Source: Thermoplasmata archaeon
GTDB taxonomy: Archaea > Thermoplasmatota > Thermoplasmata > Lutacidiplasmatales > UBA184
DNA: 38,395 bases
Direction of reading: 5' to 3'
Assembly (NCBI GenBank): GCA_030037695.1
Contig: JASHQF010000020.1
Span: 1 to 38,395, forward strand
Each line of letters begins with the position of its first letter. The first letter of the stretch is position 1. Positions 7,183-17,542 of this stretch are shown here, piece by piece. Position numbers and translations under genes: made by a program. Under the pieces are notes generated by a model, which worked only from the letters and a program-made list of their open reading frames with translations, made no database searches and was not told the DNA's origin.

Positions 7183-9093
7183 CTAGCGAACCAGTCCGGC
7201 GGCAGCTCTCAACGCCGGGTACCGGGGATCCGCCCGGACCGCAGAGAACAGCGGCAGAACGGTCACCCAGTACATCGCGTTGAAGGGCAGCTTCAGGCTC
7301 TTCTCCATCCACGCGAAGAACTGGTCAGCGTCATGGAGAGCACCGTAGGCCCAGGCGAAGTCCAGCGGCGACACGTAGTTCTTCCGGGCCGTCTCGTGCA
7401 TCGCTTCGATGGCCCGGCGAGCCCCCTCCTGCTGACCCAGCGCGGCGCGGGCGATCGCATCGTACGCGTGACCCGCGTATCCGAGCTCGGGCGAACGCGG
7501 GAGCTCGAGCAGCTCGAGCGCTTCCGCCGTCCGGGAGCTTTGCGCCAGGACGGCGAGCCGGTACAGGTTCAAGGTCTCGGGTCGGTGGCCCTGCTGAAGC
7601 GCGGCGTCCCAGTCCGCCAGCGCATCGGAGAGCCGGTCCTCCGACCAGTGGAGCACCCCGCGATGCTCCAGCATACGCGGGGAGATGGGATCGATCTCAC
7701 GCCAGAGCCCGAGCTGAGCGGCGGCCTCGGGCTCCCGCACCTCCTGCCGGAGCAGCATGAAGTACCAATGTCGAGCCTGGGCGAGACCGGGGTCGAGCTC
7801 GAGGGCGCGATGGTACTCGGCCTCGGCCTCGACCCACCGCTTCTCGAAGGTGTGGAGGATCCCGAGGGAGGCGTGCGCTTCCGCGAGCGAGCTATCGAGC
7901 TCGAGCGCCTTCCGTGTGGCTTGCAAGGCGAGCGGGTACACGCTATCGGGCGGCGCGCTCCGGTTGTCGATCAGGATCGTGTAGCAGTCGGCAATGCCAG
8001 AGTACGCGCGGGCGAACGCCGGGTCGAGGCGGAGGGCCTCCTCGAAGAGCCGACGGGCGGCCTCGATCGACTCGGTCGTCCGTCGGTTCCATAGGGTCCG
8101 GGCCAGGAGGTAGCGTTGGTACGCTTCGACGTTCGAGGTCGGGGGGCGAGGCGCGGCACTCCCGGACGGCAGGACGAGACGCAGCGCGTTCGCCACGCGT
8201 TCGGCGATCTCGGATTGGATCTGGAAGATGTCGAGCACGCCCCGGTCGAACGTCTCGGACCAATGGTGCTCGTCGGTGGCGGGGTCGAGGAGCTGCACGG
8301 TGATCCGGAGCCGGTCCCCGGATTTCCGGACGCTGCCCTCGAGCACCGCATCCACCTCCAGTTCCGCCCCGATCTCGGCCACCGACTTCGTGGTCGACTT
8401 GTACCGGGCGGTGGAGGTCCGCGCCACGACGCGCAGCCCCTGGATCCGGGAGGTGACCGCGATGATCTCCTCGGTAAGCCCGTCGGAGAGGTACTCGTCC
8501 TTGGGATCCGGGCTGATGTTGGTCAGGGGGAGGACGGCGATCCTAGGCACGGAGGGAGCTCGGGACCGTGGCTCACCGGTGGCCCAAGGCAGGACCACCC
8601 GATAGATCGGTATCGGCTCCGGAATGCCCTTGAGGCTCTTCGGGCCAAGCGGCTCGAGGCGGTACGGCACCTTGTGCCGAACCTGATCGAAGACCTGGGC
8701 GGACAGGCAGACGCCCCCCGACTCTGCGAACGGCTCGATCCGGGAGGCAATGTTCACGGCATCGCCGAGGATGTCGCCGCCCCGGTCCTCCACATCGCCG
8801 AGGTGGATCCCTGCCCTCAGCCGCAGCGGGTGGGCGCCGGGCCTCGAGTTCCGTTCGTAGAGCGACCTTTGCAGAGCGACCGCACATTCCACCGCGTCTC
8901 GGGCGTTGGGAAATTCGAGCAGGAGCCCATCCCCGATCGACTTGATCTGCCGGCCCTGGTGGGCTCGAAGGATCGGCTCAAGGAGGGCCCCCTGCTCGTC
9001 CAGCAGGCGCAGGGCTCCTGGCTCGTCCTGGTGGGAGTCAGACGTGAATCCGGCGAGGTCGGTGAACATGATGGCGGCGAGTCGGCGGGCCAT
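7183..9093 (-). CDS. class III adenylate cyclase - TolB-like - TPR protein (copy 1)
   Basis: Cyclase: RRLAAIMFTDLAGFT, IKSIGDG, GDILGDAVNIASRIE. TolB-like: IAVLPLTNISPDPKDEYLSDGLTEEII..LEGSVRKSGDRLRITVQL. TPRs and terminal RADPR. Start may be 9093 or 9132. Confidence 0.92.
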   Translation of the reverse strand: MARRLAAIMFTDLAGFTSDSHQDEPGALRLLDEQGALLEPILRAHQGRQIKSIGDGLLLEFPNARDAVECAVALQRSLYERNSRPGAHPLRLRAGIHLGDVEDRGGDILGDAVNIASRIEPFAESGGVCLSAQVFDQVRHKVPYRLEPLGPKSLKGIPEPIPIYRVVLPWATGEPRSRAPSVPRIAVLPLTNISPDPKDEYLSDGLTEEIIAVTSRIQGLRVVARTSTARYKSTTKSVAEIGAELEVDAVLEGSVRKSGDRLRITVQLLDPATDEHHWSETFDRGVLDIFQIQSEIAERVANALRLVLPSGSAAPRPPTSNVEAYQRYLLARTLWNRRTTESIEAARRLFEEALRLDPAFARAYSGIADCYTILIDNRSAPPDSVYPLALQATRKALELDSSLAEAHASLGILHTFEKRWVEAEAEYHRALELDPGLAQARHWYFMLLRQEVREPEAAAQLGLWREIDPISPRMLEHRGVLHWSEDRLSDALADWDAALQQGHRPETLNLYRLAVLAQSSRTAEALELLELPRSPELGYAGHAYDAIARAALGQQEGARRAIEAMHETARKNYVSPLDFAWAYGALHDADQFFAWMEKSLKLPFNAMYWVTVLPLFSAVRADPRYPALRAAAGLVR

Positions 9094-9423
9094 CGGTGCC
9101 GGGTCCTTAGTCGGGGGGCCTTTTGCCCTCATCGCCCCTAGGTCAAGTCCGGTCCCTTGCTTCACGCTCGCTCGAACGAAGGTCCCCCCTCGCGCTCCCG
9201 TCCAAGCGAGGCGCAGCCTCCCTCCGCGCGACCGAGCGTTCGTTGCGCCTACGTTGTGTCCACATCGGACACGGGGTTCGCACTTGCGACCCTCCGCGTG
9301 CAGGTGGACAGCCTTGGCCCCCCCTCTCGTTCTCCCAGGCGGTGAGCCTTCAATCCGGCGAGAGCACGTGCAGGTCCGGCCCCTTAGGGAAGGCGCCGCA
9401 CGCCCCGGCCGAAGCTTGCTTGC

Positions 9424-9957
9424 CTACTCTAGATCCAGCGCGGCCTCCCTGCGGAGCAGACCTGCCACTTCCGCCTGGGTGGCCTCTTCCATGTTGAAGT
9501 CCGCGCCCAGCATCTTGCGATCGATCTGCTGGATCCGGTTGTACAGCCACTCGAACTCGTGCATGATCAACGGGTCCTTCGACGAGGTTCGGGCCCGTCC
9601 GATAACGTCCACCGGGCTCCGGAGCGCGACATAGTACCCGTCGATCCACGTCCCGAACGCTTCCCACACAAGGTAGGGGGTCAGAACGCGAGCATGCGTC
9701 AGGGAGCCCACCAGCTCGAAGAAGGCGGCCACCTCGAGGTTGACGATGTCGTCATGCCGGCCGGCCAAGAGGTGTTCGGCGAGGGTGCGCCGCCGTCGCC
9801 GGTAGGCCGGCGAGTCGAACCGTTCCCGGAGGGTCATCACGGCGTTGGCGCTGTTGAGGTGCTGGGAGACTCGGACCTGCCACCAGAGCAGGGCGACCGT
9901 GCCGACGGCGATCGCCCAAGCCGCGACCGCTGCGAGCGTAGTGGTGTTGAGATCCAT
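9424..9957 (-). CDS. membrane-anchored DUF4760-like protein
   Basis: N-terminal TM helix, then LRERFDSPAYRRRR..VAAFFELVGSL..LVWEAFG pattern typical of DUF4760. Confidence 0.65.
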   Translation of the reverse strand: MDLNTTTLAAVAAWAIAVGTVALLWWQVRVSQHLNSANAVMTLRERFDSPAYRRRRRTLAEHLLAGRHDDIVNLEVAAFFELVGSLTHARVLTPYLVWEAFGTWIDGYYVALRSPVDVIGRARTSSKDPLIMHEFEWLYNRIQQIDRKMLGADFNMEEATQAEVAGLLRREAALDLE

Positions 9958-10139
9958 CGGGCGCTGCGCTCTCGGCAGGCCGTCTCGGGTATAACCGTCG
10001 ACCCCGCTCGCTCCTCGGCCGGACGGTTCCGGTCCGCCGGCGCGAATCGGGAGGGAGCTAGCGTTATCTCCGCAGGGACTCCGGCGGACGGTCGGCCGGG
10101 TCCACGCTTCGAGTTTCTCCGGCCCAGCGGAAGCACACC

Positions 10140-11657
10140 ATGGAGAGTCAGGGGGCGGTTGCGGCTCCGTCGATGCGGGCCCGGGCCGGGTCGCCGCACC
10201 TCTCCCTCGGCAGCGAGGCGGGCATCATCGCGGCCCTCCTGATGGGGCTCCTGCTCGGCGCGCTCGACAACTTCATCGTCGCCACGGCGCTTCCGAACAT
10301 CGCCCGGGACCTCCACGATCTCTCCGGGCAGGTCTTCGTCGTCACGAGCTACCTCATCGCGCAGACGGTCGCGATCCCGATCTTCGGCAAGCTCTCCGAC
10401 CGGTTCGGCCGGCGCTCGTTCTACCTGTTCGGCCTCGTCATCTTCCTCGGCGGCTCGGTCCTCTCCGGCCTCAGCCAGAACCTCAACGAGCTGATCGCCT
10501 TCCGCGCCGTGCAGGGCCTGGGCAGCGGCGCGTTCTTCACGGTCGTCTTCTCCATCGTCGCCGACCTCTTCCCCCCGAAGATGGCGGCCCGCCTCGTCGG
10601 CATCCTGTCCGCCGTCTTCGGCATCGCGATCGTCGCGGGCCCCCTCATCGGAAGCTCGATCATCGACGTGACGACCTGGCGGTGGATCTTCTTCGTCAAC
10701 CTCCCCGTCGGCTTCGCCGCGATCGCGCTGGTGCTCTCGACGATGGGCCCGATGCGGCCCGCCTCGACCGTCGCCCGTCCGTTCGACACGCTGGGGGCGG
10801 GCCTCATGACGATCTGGGTCGGGACCCTGATCTTCGCCCTGGTCGAGGTCTCCAACGGCTGGGCGTGGACGGACCCGCGTACGGTCGGGCTCCTGGCCAC
10901 GGCGTTGATCGTGCTGCCCCTGTCGCTGTGGCAGGAGTGGCGGGCCGCGGACCCCCTGATCCCGCTGCGCTACTTCCGGATCCGCCTCGTGGCCGCCTCG
11001 AGCGGCGTGAACTTCCTTCGAGGGGCGCTCTTGGTCGTGGTCGTCACGTTCGTCCCCATCCTGGTCGTCGACGGCTTCGGGGGAACGGCCGACATGAGCC
11101 GGGACGTCCTCTACGCGATGATGGTCCCGATGGTCCTCGGGGCGGCGGTGAGCGGCCCCATCGTCACCCGCATCGGCTACCGGATCCCGCTGGTGATCGG
11201 GCTGGCCCTCGCGAGCGTGGGGACCTACCTGCTCACGCAGGTCCCGACGCTCCCGCCCCTGTTCCGGTTCGACTACGGGATCGTCCCGCTGGGGCTGGTC
11301 GGCGCCCTCGTTCCGGTCGGCTGGGGCGTGGGGATGACCTTCGCGCCCACGCAGCTCGCGATCCAGTACAGCGTCGCCAAGGACGACCTCGGGGCGGGGA
11401 CGTCGCTCGTCTGGTTCCTGTCCAACCTGGGCGGGGCGATCGTCGGCTCGCTCCTCGGCGCGTACCAACTGGGCGTCTTCCGGTCGCTCCGCCTCCCGTT
11501 CCCGCAAGCGTTCGCGGTCTCGATCCAGCACGTCTGGTGGGGGTTGGTCCCGGCGGCCCTCCTGGGCCTCGTGTTCGCGTTCATCGTCTCGGGCCGCCTG
11601 CCCAAGACCGCCGACGCCGAGAGCGAAGGCTCCGCCGGCGCGCCGGTCATGATGTAG
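10140..11657 (+). CDS. MFS drug:H+ antiporter, DHA2 (EmrB/QacA) family
   Basis: LDNFIVATALPNI, motif A GKLSDRFGRR, RAVQGLGSG, WRWIFFVNLPVG, and many TM segments. Confidence 0.93.
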   Translation: MESQGAVAAPSMRARAGSPHLSLGSEAGIIAALLMGLLLGALDNFIVATALPNIARDLHDLSGQVFVVTSYLIAQTVAIPIFGKLSDRFGRRSFYLFGLVIFLGGSVLSGLSQNLNELIAFRAVQGLGSGAFFTVVFSIVADLFPPKMAARLVGILSAVFGIAIVAGPLIGSSIIDVTTWRWIFFVNLPVGFAAIALVLSTMGPMRPASTVARPFDTLGAGLMTIWVGTLIFALVEVSNGWAWTDPRTVGLLATALIVLPLSLWQEWRAADPLIPLRYFRIRLVAASSGVNFLRGALLVVVVTFVPILVVDGFGGTADMSRDVLYAMMVPMVLGAAVSGPIVTRIGYRIPLVIGLALASVGTYLLTQVPTLPPLFRFDYGIVPLGLVGALVPVGWGVGMTFAPTQLAIQYSVAKDDLGAGTSLVWFLSNLGGAIVGSLLGAYQLGVFRSLRLPFPQAFAVSIQHVWWGLVPAALLGLVFAFIVSGRLPKTADAESEGSAGAPVMM

Positions 11658-11836
11658 CGGGCTGCCCCGACCTCGCCCCGCCGGTCCGTCGCCCCTCCGG
11701 GAGGGCCGAGCGCTCGGCGAGAGCCCCCTTCCGGGCGGGCGCCGATCGAACCGGTCCGGCTCCCTAACTTGCCCGCCAGGTCTCACCGGTCGGTGGGCCT
11801 TCGAGTCGCTGCGCAGGGCACGCGAGCCGAGCCGTA

Positions 11837-13813
11837 CTACGAGGGACCTTCCGGCGCCGACGGCTCGCGAAGCTGGCGCTGGCGTCGAAGAATGTCCTGG
11901 ACTCGGGGGTCCTGCCGGGCGGTCGCGTACAGGGGCGAGTAGAGGAGCTCGAGCAGCGGTAGCACCCCGTGCCGGAGGGCGTACTCCATCGAAGCGATGA
12001 ACGCGTCGACCTCGCCGAGCGCGTAGTGCAGGAAGCCGATGAAGAACACGACCATCTCGCCCTTCCGCTGCCGATCCTCGAGCTGGGCGATCGACCGGCG
12101 AGCGATCGCCGGGTCCCCCTGGCGAACGGCGAGGATGCCGCGGTACAGGAGCGTCCACGGGCTGTCCGGCCGTATCCGCTCCATCTCGCGGATCGAGGCC
12201 TCGGCCTGGCCGAGGTCGTTCTTCCCGAGGTAGTACTCGCTCATGTGGGCGTTCGTCCGGAACTGGACGCGGGGCTTCGACTCCTTCCAGAAGGCGAGGG
12301 CGTCGGCCTCCCGCCCGGCGTACACGAGCGCGCGGCCGTAGAACGAGAGGACGTTGGCGTCGTCCGGGTTCAGGTGGCGGGCGGCGTCCAGGAGGCGGAT
12401 CGCATCGCCGAGATCCCCGTCCCCCGCCGCCAGCTGCGCCAGCCAGCGGTACGGGTCGGCCAGGCTCGGGTTCAGCTCCATGGCCCGGCGGGCCTCGCGT
12501 TCGCATTCCACGAACCGGTCGGATCCGAGGCACAACGCCGCGAGGGTCGAGTGCGCCTCGGCGATGCTCTCGTTGATCTCGAGCGCCCGGTGGAGCTCCC
12601 GGTCGGCCCGGTCCTCCGCCTCCCGGAAGTGGATCGCCCCTTCCGTGGCGAGCCAGAGGAGGGTCTCCGCGAGGCTCACCCGGGCCCGGGCGAAGTTCGG
12701 GTCCCGCGCGACGGAGCTCTCGAACAGGGAGAGCGCGGTGCGGATCCCCTCGAGCGAGCCCTTCTCCCCGAACAGCTGGCGCCCGTGCAGAAACAGCGAG
12801 TACGCCTCCATGTCCGAGGTCTCCGGCGGGGCGGAGGGGGCCGGCGGGGGCGCCCCGGAGGGGGCCCCCCGAACGTGCGTCGTGACGGCCCGGGCGACGT
12901 GGCCGGCGATGTCGTCCTGGATCGCGAAGATGTCGTCGAGCGGCCGGTCGTAGCGCATCGACCAGATGCCGGCCTCCGACCGCACGTCCACCAGCTGCAC
13001 GGCGATCCGCACCCGGTTGCCCGACTTGCGGACGCTCCCCTCGAGCGCGACGCCGACGTCCAGCTCCTCGCCGACCTCACGGATCGACTTCGCCGAGCCC
13101 TTGTAGCGCTGGACCGACGTCCGGGAGATCACTCGGACCTGGGGGACCTGCGCCGTGCGGGAGATCAGTTCGTCCGTCAGGCCGTCCGCGAAGAAGTGGT
13201 CGGCCGCCTCGGTGCTCAGGTTGGCGAGCGGCAGGACCGCCAGTCGTAGCGGCTGGGGGCCCTCGTTCGCGGGCGAGGGGGCGGGGGTCCGCGGCGCCCC
13301 GACGGCGACGCGGTAGATCTCGACCGGCTCCTCGACGTTCTTGAGGCGCCGGACGCCGACCGTCTCGAACACCATCGGGAGCTTGTTCCGCACCTGCTGG
13401 TAGACGGTCGCCGAGAGGCTGATCCCGCCCGGGTCGGCCAGCGGCTCGATGCGGGAGGCGACGTTCACGGCGTCGCCGACCACGTCGCCGCCCTCCTCCA
13501 CGACGTCCCCGGCGTGCAGCCCGATCCGAAGGAGGAGCTGGTCCCGCGGCCCGACCGACCCGTTCCGACGTGCGTTCGCGCGTTGGATCTCCACCGCGCA
13601 CCGGACCGATTCCACCGCGCTCGCGAACTCGACCAGGAAGCCGTCCCCGAGCGTCTTCACCTCGTGGCCCCCGAAGGCGGCGAAGATCGGCCGCACGAGC
13701 GCCTGATGCTCTCGCCGTAGGCGCAGCGCCGCCTCCTCGTCCTCCTGCCCCAGCTTCGTGTAGCCGACGATGTCGGTGAACATGATCGCGGCGAGCCGAC
13801 GCGACGAGGCCAT
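11837..13813 (-). CDS. class III adenylate cyclase - TolB-like - TPR protein (copy 2)
   Basis: RRLAAIMFTDIVGYT, VKTLGDG, GDVVGDAVNVASRIE, LAVLPLANLS..FADGLTDELI, TPRs, terminal RQDPR. ATG 13813 lies about 25 nt downstream of TTAAT. Confidence 0.92.
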   Translation of the reverse strand: MASSRRLAAIMFTDIVGYTKLGQEDEEAALRLRREHQALVRPIFAAFGGHEVKTLGDGFLVEFASAVESVRCAVEIQRANARRNGSVGPRDQLLLRIGLHAGDVVEEGGDVVGDAVNVASRIEPLADPGGISLSATVYQQVRNKLPMVFETVGVRRLKNVEEPVEIYRVAVGAPRTPAPSPANEGPQPLRLAVLPLANLSTEAADHFFADGLTDELISRTAQVPQVRVISRTSVQRYKGSAKSIREVGEELDVGVALEGSVRKSGNRVRIAVQLVDVRSEAGIWSMRYDRPLDDIFAIQDDIAGHVARAVTTHVRGAPSGAPPPAPSAPPETSDMEAYSLFLHGRQLFGEKGSLEGIRTALSLFESSVARDPNFARARVSLAETLLWLATEGAIHFREAEDRADRELHRALEINESIAEAHSTLAALCLGSDRFVECEREARRAMELNPSLADPYRWLAQLAAGDGDLGDAIRLLDAARHLNPDDANVLSFYGRALVYAGREADALAFWKESKPRVQFRTNAHMSEYYLGKNDLGQAEASIREMERIRPDSPWTLLYRGILAVRQGDPAIARRSIAQLEDRQRKGEMVVFFIGFLHYALGEVDAFIASMEYALRHGVLPLLELLYSPLYATARQDPRVQDILRRQRQLREPSAPEGPS

Positions 13814-13950
13814 CGCCCCCGGAGTTGCCGGCCCTAGATTAACGGCCCGCCCCGGAACGCGACGCACCTAGCGTGAGGGCCCCTCGGCACGGCCCAGCCA
13901 CGCGCCGGTCCGCGTGGGGCCGGGGGTCGATCCGGCGGGCGCGGGCCAGC

Positions 13951-14868
13951 TCAGGTGGGGCCCGGCCGTGGGAGCAGGCGCGACCAGTCCTGAGCGCGGG
14001 ACCAGGCCCGGAAGGAGGTCCATTCGACCCCGGGGTAGTCCCTCTTCAGTTTCGGGATGTCCGCGCTGTAGCCGACGCGGTCGAACCACTCGAACATCTT
14101 CGCGGAGTCCGCGCTCTGCTTGCGGACCTCGTCGAGCGGCACCGCGGTGTAGCTGAGCCGGACGCCCGCGGCCTCCGAGATCTCCCGCGCCATCTCGACG
14201 GGCGTGAGCTCGTCGGAGGCAAGGTTGAACCGCTTCCCCCGGAACGCGGCGCGCCGCTCGATCGCGAGGGTCGTGAACTCCGCGATCTCGGGAAGGGAGA
14301 TGACCTGCAGCTTGCGGTTCGCGGGGATCCCCAGCGCCACGACGCCGTGGGCATAGCCGCCGCTGAACCTGGGCGAACGGAAGTTCTCCATGAAGAAGAC
14401 GGGCGCGACGATGGCGTGGTCAAGGCCGAGCTCCTTCAGGCGCCGCTCCACCTCGAGCTTGCTGTCGAAGTGGGGGATCCCCGTGTTCCGATCCGCATCG
14501 CTCACCGAAGAGTAGACGAGGTAGGGGACCCCCGCCGCGTGCACTGCCTCCGCACCGGCCTTCCCCCAACGAGCCTCGACCGCTGGCCCCTGCTCGAACG
14601 GCGTAGCTACGAGGAATGCGACGTCGAACCCCTTCGCGGCCCTCTCCACCGAGGCAGGGTCCCCGAGGTCTCCTGGCAGGACGTCGGCCCCGGCCTTCTT
14701 GAGCTCGGTCGCCGCGGGGCCGTCCGGCTTGCGGGTCAGAGCTCGAACCTGGTGACCCCGGCGAAGGAGGAGCCGGGCCAGCGCCCCGCCCTGCTGACCG
14801 GTGGCCCCCGTAACGAGGACGCGCTGGGGTTCGGAGGTTCGGCCCGAGAGCTCGTTCGAGGGCGTCAT
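13951..14868 (-). CDS. NmrA/HSCARG-family NAD(P)-binding protein
   Basis: VLVTGATGQQGG, VRALTRKP, VYSSV, PHFDSKLEVE, PVFFMENF. Confidence 0.92.
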   Translation of the reverse strand: MTPSNELSGRTSEPQRVLVTGATGQQGGALARLLLRRGHQVRALTRKPDGPAATELKKAGADVLPGDLGDPASVERAAKGFDVAFLVATPFEQGPAVEARWGKAGAEAVHAAGVPYLVYSSVSDADRNTGIPHFDSKLEVERRLKELGLDHAIVAPVFFMENFRSPRFSGGYAHGVVALGIPANRKLQVISLPEIAEFTTLAIERRAAFRGKRFNLASDELTPVEMAREISEAAGVRLSYTAVPLDEVRKQSADSAKMFEWFDRVGYSADIPKLKRDYPGVEWTSFRAWSRAQDWSRLLPRPGPT

Positions 14869-15003
14869 GTCCGACGGACTCCGGCGCGCTCGCAGATAAG
14901 CCCGGGCTGACGGCAGAGTAACTTGCCTCGGTCGCGGTCACCGTGGGGTCCTCCCGCCGCAGGCTAGGCGAAGGCGGGGCAGCGAGGGTTCGGGGCCCGG
15001 CGC

Positions 15004-16356
15004 TCAGCCCTGCGTGACCGAGTAGGTCTCCCAGCTGCCCTCGAGCCCCTTCAGGGGTTGCGACGGCCGTTCGCTGAAGCGGACCCCGGAGCCCACCGAG
15101 AGGTCCCGGACCGTCCGGGAGGTCGCGACCTCGCCCGCGCCTGCGGTGTCGCAGATCCGGGAGGCGATGTGGACCGCGATGCCGGTGATGTCCCCCGGGC
15201 CGACGATGCATTCTCCGGTATGGACGCCCGCCCGCAGGGCGAGGCCCACGCGCCGGGCCTGTTCGCTCAGGGCCTGGGCGCACCGGACGCCCCGCGTCGG
15301 TCCGTCGAACGTGGCCAGCAGCCCGTCGCCCGTGGTCTTCACGATCTCCCCACGGTACCGGGTCACCTCGGTCCGCGCTTCCGAGAGGAAGCGGTCCATC
15401 AGGCTCTTCCACGCCGCGTCCCCGACCGAGGCGGCCCGGCGCGTCGACTCCACCACGTCCACGAAGACGACCGTCTTCAGCACCCGGTCGCTCTCGTCCC
15501 CCGCGCGGGGCAGGTGCTCGAGGAACCCCCGCTGGGCCGCGAGCGACTCGCGTCGGGCCTCGGCGTTGGCCCAGAAGAAGTGGTCGTTCCCCGGGATCGA
15601 GACGAGCTTCGCCCCGGCGACGTGGGCGGCGACGTAATCGGACGCCTCCGCGCGAACGGACCGGTCGCCCGGACACTTCAGCACCAGGGTGGGGACATGG
15701 ACGACGGGCAGGGTGGCACGGACATCGATGTCCAAGTTCAGCCGGGCCAGCACCGCGGAGGCGGAGGGGGAGGAACCGAACCGGATCACGCGGCCGTACC
15801 AGCGTTTGAACTCCGCATCGTCGGTGCGACTCGGCGCCTGGAGCGCCACGAGCCGGTCGATGTACGCAGGAGTTCCCCACTCCTCCTCCGACTGCCGGAT
15901 CGACAGCTCGACCTCCTCCCGTGTCGGCGCGTAGGGGAAATCCGGTGCCCACGAGCCGCGCACGGTGGGCTCGATCAGTATGAGACCGAGGGTGCGCTCG
16001 GGGTACGTCGCCGCGAAGAGCAACGCCATCGCCGCCGTATCGGTGGCGCCGAAGATCACCGCGCGCTCGCAGTGGGCCGAATCCATGACCGCCCGCACGT
16101 CGTCCATCCGGTCCTCGAGCGTGGGGGTCCCGACGACCCGGTCGGAGAGCCCGACGCCACGCTTGTCCCAGAGGATCACCCGGGCGGACTTCGCGAGTTC
16201 CGCGAAGTACTGGGCGGTGGAGGGGTTCTCCCAGACCAGCTCGAGGTGGGAGATCGCCGTCCGTCCGTAGACCAGGTCGACCGGACCTGAACCGAACACG
16301 CTGTAGGCGATCCGAAGGTTGCCGCTCCGGGCGTAACGGACCTCAGGAGGTTCCAT
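15004..16356 (-). CDS. alpha/beta-hydrolase - class III adenylate cyclase fusion (LipJ/Rv1900c-like)
   Basis: Hydrolase: VRYARSGNLRIAY, WDKRGVGLSDR. Cyclase: VFVDVVEST, KTTGDG, GVHTGEC, GIAVHIASRI. ATG 16356 lies about 30 nt downstream of a CTATAT box. Confidence 0.9.
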   Translation of the reverse strand: MEPPEVRYARSGNLRIAYSVFGSGPVDLVYGRTAISHLELVWENPSTAQYFAELAKSARVILWDKRGVGLSDRVVGTPTLEDRMDDVRAVMDSAHCERAVIFGATDTAAMALLFAATYPERTLGLILIEPTVRGSWAPDFPYAPTREEVELSIRQSEEEWGTPAYIDRLVALQAPSRTDDAEFKRWYGRVIRFGSSPSASAVLARLNLDIDVRATLPVVHVPTLVLKCPGDRSVRAEASDYVAAHVAGAKLVSIPGNDHFFWANAEARRESLAAQRGFLEHLPRAGDESDRVLKTVVFVDVVESTRRAASVGDAAWKSLMDRFLSEARTEVTRYRGEIVKTTGDGLLATFDGPTRGVRCAQALSEQARRVGLALRAGVHTGECIVGPGDITGIAVHIASRICDTAGAGEVATSRTVRDLSVGSGVRFSERPSQPLKGLEGSWETYSVTQG

Positions 16357-16558
16357 CGGGCGCGACACCCCAGCGAAACGGTCGGCGATATAGCGGTTCC
16401 AACGGCTGGCCGCGCGCGGGAGCCTCCGGGACGTCGGCGGCACAGAGGGGGAGGAACCCCTGCCTCGGGGGGCCCTCCTGTCGCTCGGGCCCCCTCCCGC
16501 CGGACGGCCCCGCACGTCGATCGCGCTGGGAGGGAGGTAACGCCATGTACCGATTCCG

Positions 16559-17542
16559 ATGGACGTCGGCGCTGCGATGCGGGCCGCCGTCGTCCGTGCG
16601 TTCGGCGCCCCGCCATCGTGGAGCGACTTCCCCGAGCCCGCCCCCGAACCGGGCGAACGGGTGGTAGCGGTCTCGGCCGCCGCGGTGAATCCCCTGGTGC
16701 TCACCCGGGCGTCCGGGGCGCACTACAGTGCGGGGACCCAACTCCCGTTCGTGGCTGGGGTCGACGGGGTCGGCAGGTCCGCGGAGGGCGATCGAGTCTA
16801 CTTCAGGGTCGGTCGGCCCCCCTATGGGTCGCTGGCCGAACGCGTGCCGGTCCCGGCGAGCCGAACGCTCCCGGTGCCCGCGGGGGTGTCGGACGTCACC
16901 GCCGCGGCGTCCGCGATCCCGGGGGTCTCGAGCTGGATCCCGCTGACGCGGCTCGCTCCCGTTCGCACGGGCGAGGCCGTGCTCATCAACGGGGCGACCG
17001 GCTCGGCGGGGCGGATGGCCGTCCAGATCGCCCGCCACCTCGGGGTCGACTCGGTCATCGCGACGGGCCGGGACCCTGCGAAGCTCCACGAACTGAACTC
17101 GCTCGGGGCCTCGGAGGTCGTTCCGCTGGGGGAGCCGTGGGACGCCTTCCGGTCGCGCGTCCGGGAGCTCGTGCAGGAGGTAAGGGTCGGTGTGGTGATC
17201 GACTACCTCTGGGGTCCCTCGGCCGAGGCGATCCTCGCGGCGCTCGGCGGACCCGCGGCGCCCCGGGGAAGTGCGAGGGTCCGCTACGTCTCGGTAGGCG
17301 CGATCACCGCAGAGGCCGTCGCGCTCCCGTCGGCCGTGCTTCGGAGCTCCGGCGTCGAGATCCTAGGGAGCGGCATCGGGGCCTCTCCGGACGCTGAGAT
17401 CGTCGAAGGGACCCGTGAGTTCTTTGCCGCCCTGGAGCAGCGGAAGTTCCGGGTCGACGCCGAGGAGCAACCGATGCCGAGCGTCGAGCGTAACTGGGGC
17501 AGGACCGGCGGAGAGCGGCGGTTGGTGTTCACGCTCCCGTAG
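16559..17542 (+). CDS. MDR-family quinone oxidoreductase-like protein (zinc-binding ADH superfamily)
   Basis: AAAVNP, PFVAGVDGVG, VLINGATGSAG, VIDYLWG. Confidence 0.88.
   Translation: MDVGAAMRAAVVRAFGAPPSWSDFPEPAPEPGERVVAVSAAAVNPLVLTRASGAHYSAGTQLPFVAGVDGVGRSAEGDRVYFRVGRPPYGSLAERVPVPASRTLPVPAGVSDVTAAASAIPGVSSWIPLTRLAPVRTGEAVLINGATGSAGRMAVQIARHLGVDSVIATGRDPAKLHELNSLGASEVVPLGEPWDAFRSRVRELVQEVRVGVVIDYLWGPSAEAILAALGGPAAPRGSARVRYVSVGAITAEAVALPSAVLRSSGVEILGSGIGASPDAEIVEGTREFFAALEQRKFRVDAEEQPMPSVERNWGRTGGERRLVFTLP

Noticed and set aside
9166-9423. Hairpin-rich region upstream of cyclase 1 (GTGTCC/GGACAC, GGGTTCGCA/TGCGACCC) considered as a cyclic-dinucleotide riboswitch
   Set aside because: Does not match the conserved motif order of riboswitches I know, and short stems are expected at this GC content. 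An Infernal/Rfam scan would settle it.
9837-12533. 898-aa minus-strand ORF, and similar long ORFs at 6778-8094, 14420-15952, 17627-19798, 17775-19751, 30653-32491, 32491-34200, 33594-35342 and 35024-37177
   Set aside because: Arg/Pro/Gly-rich shadow or antisense frames of well-supported genes, expected in very GC-rich DNA; no motifs.
14001-14020. CAGGCCCGGAAGG resembling SRP RNA helix 8
   Set aside because: Lacks the following AGCAG and the rest of the SRP fold, and lies antisense within the NmrA CDS.
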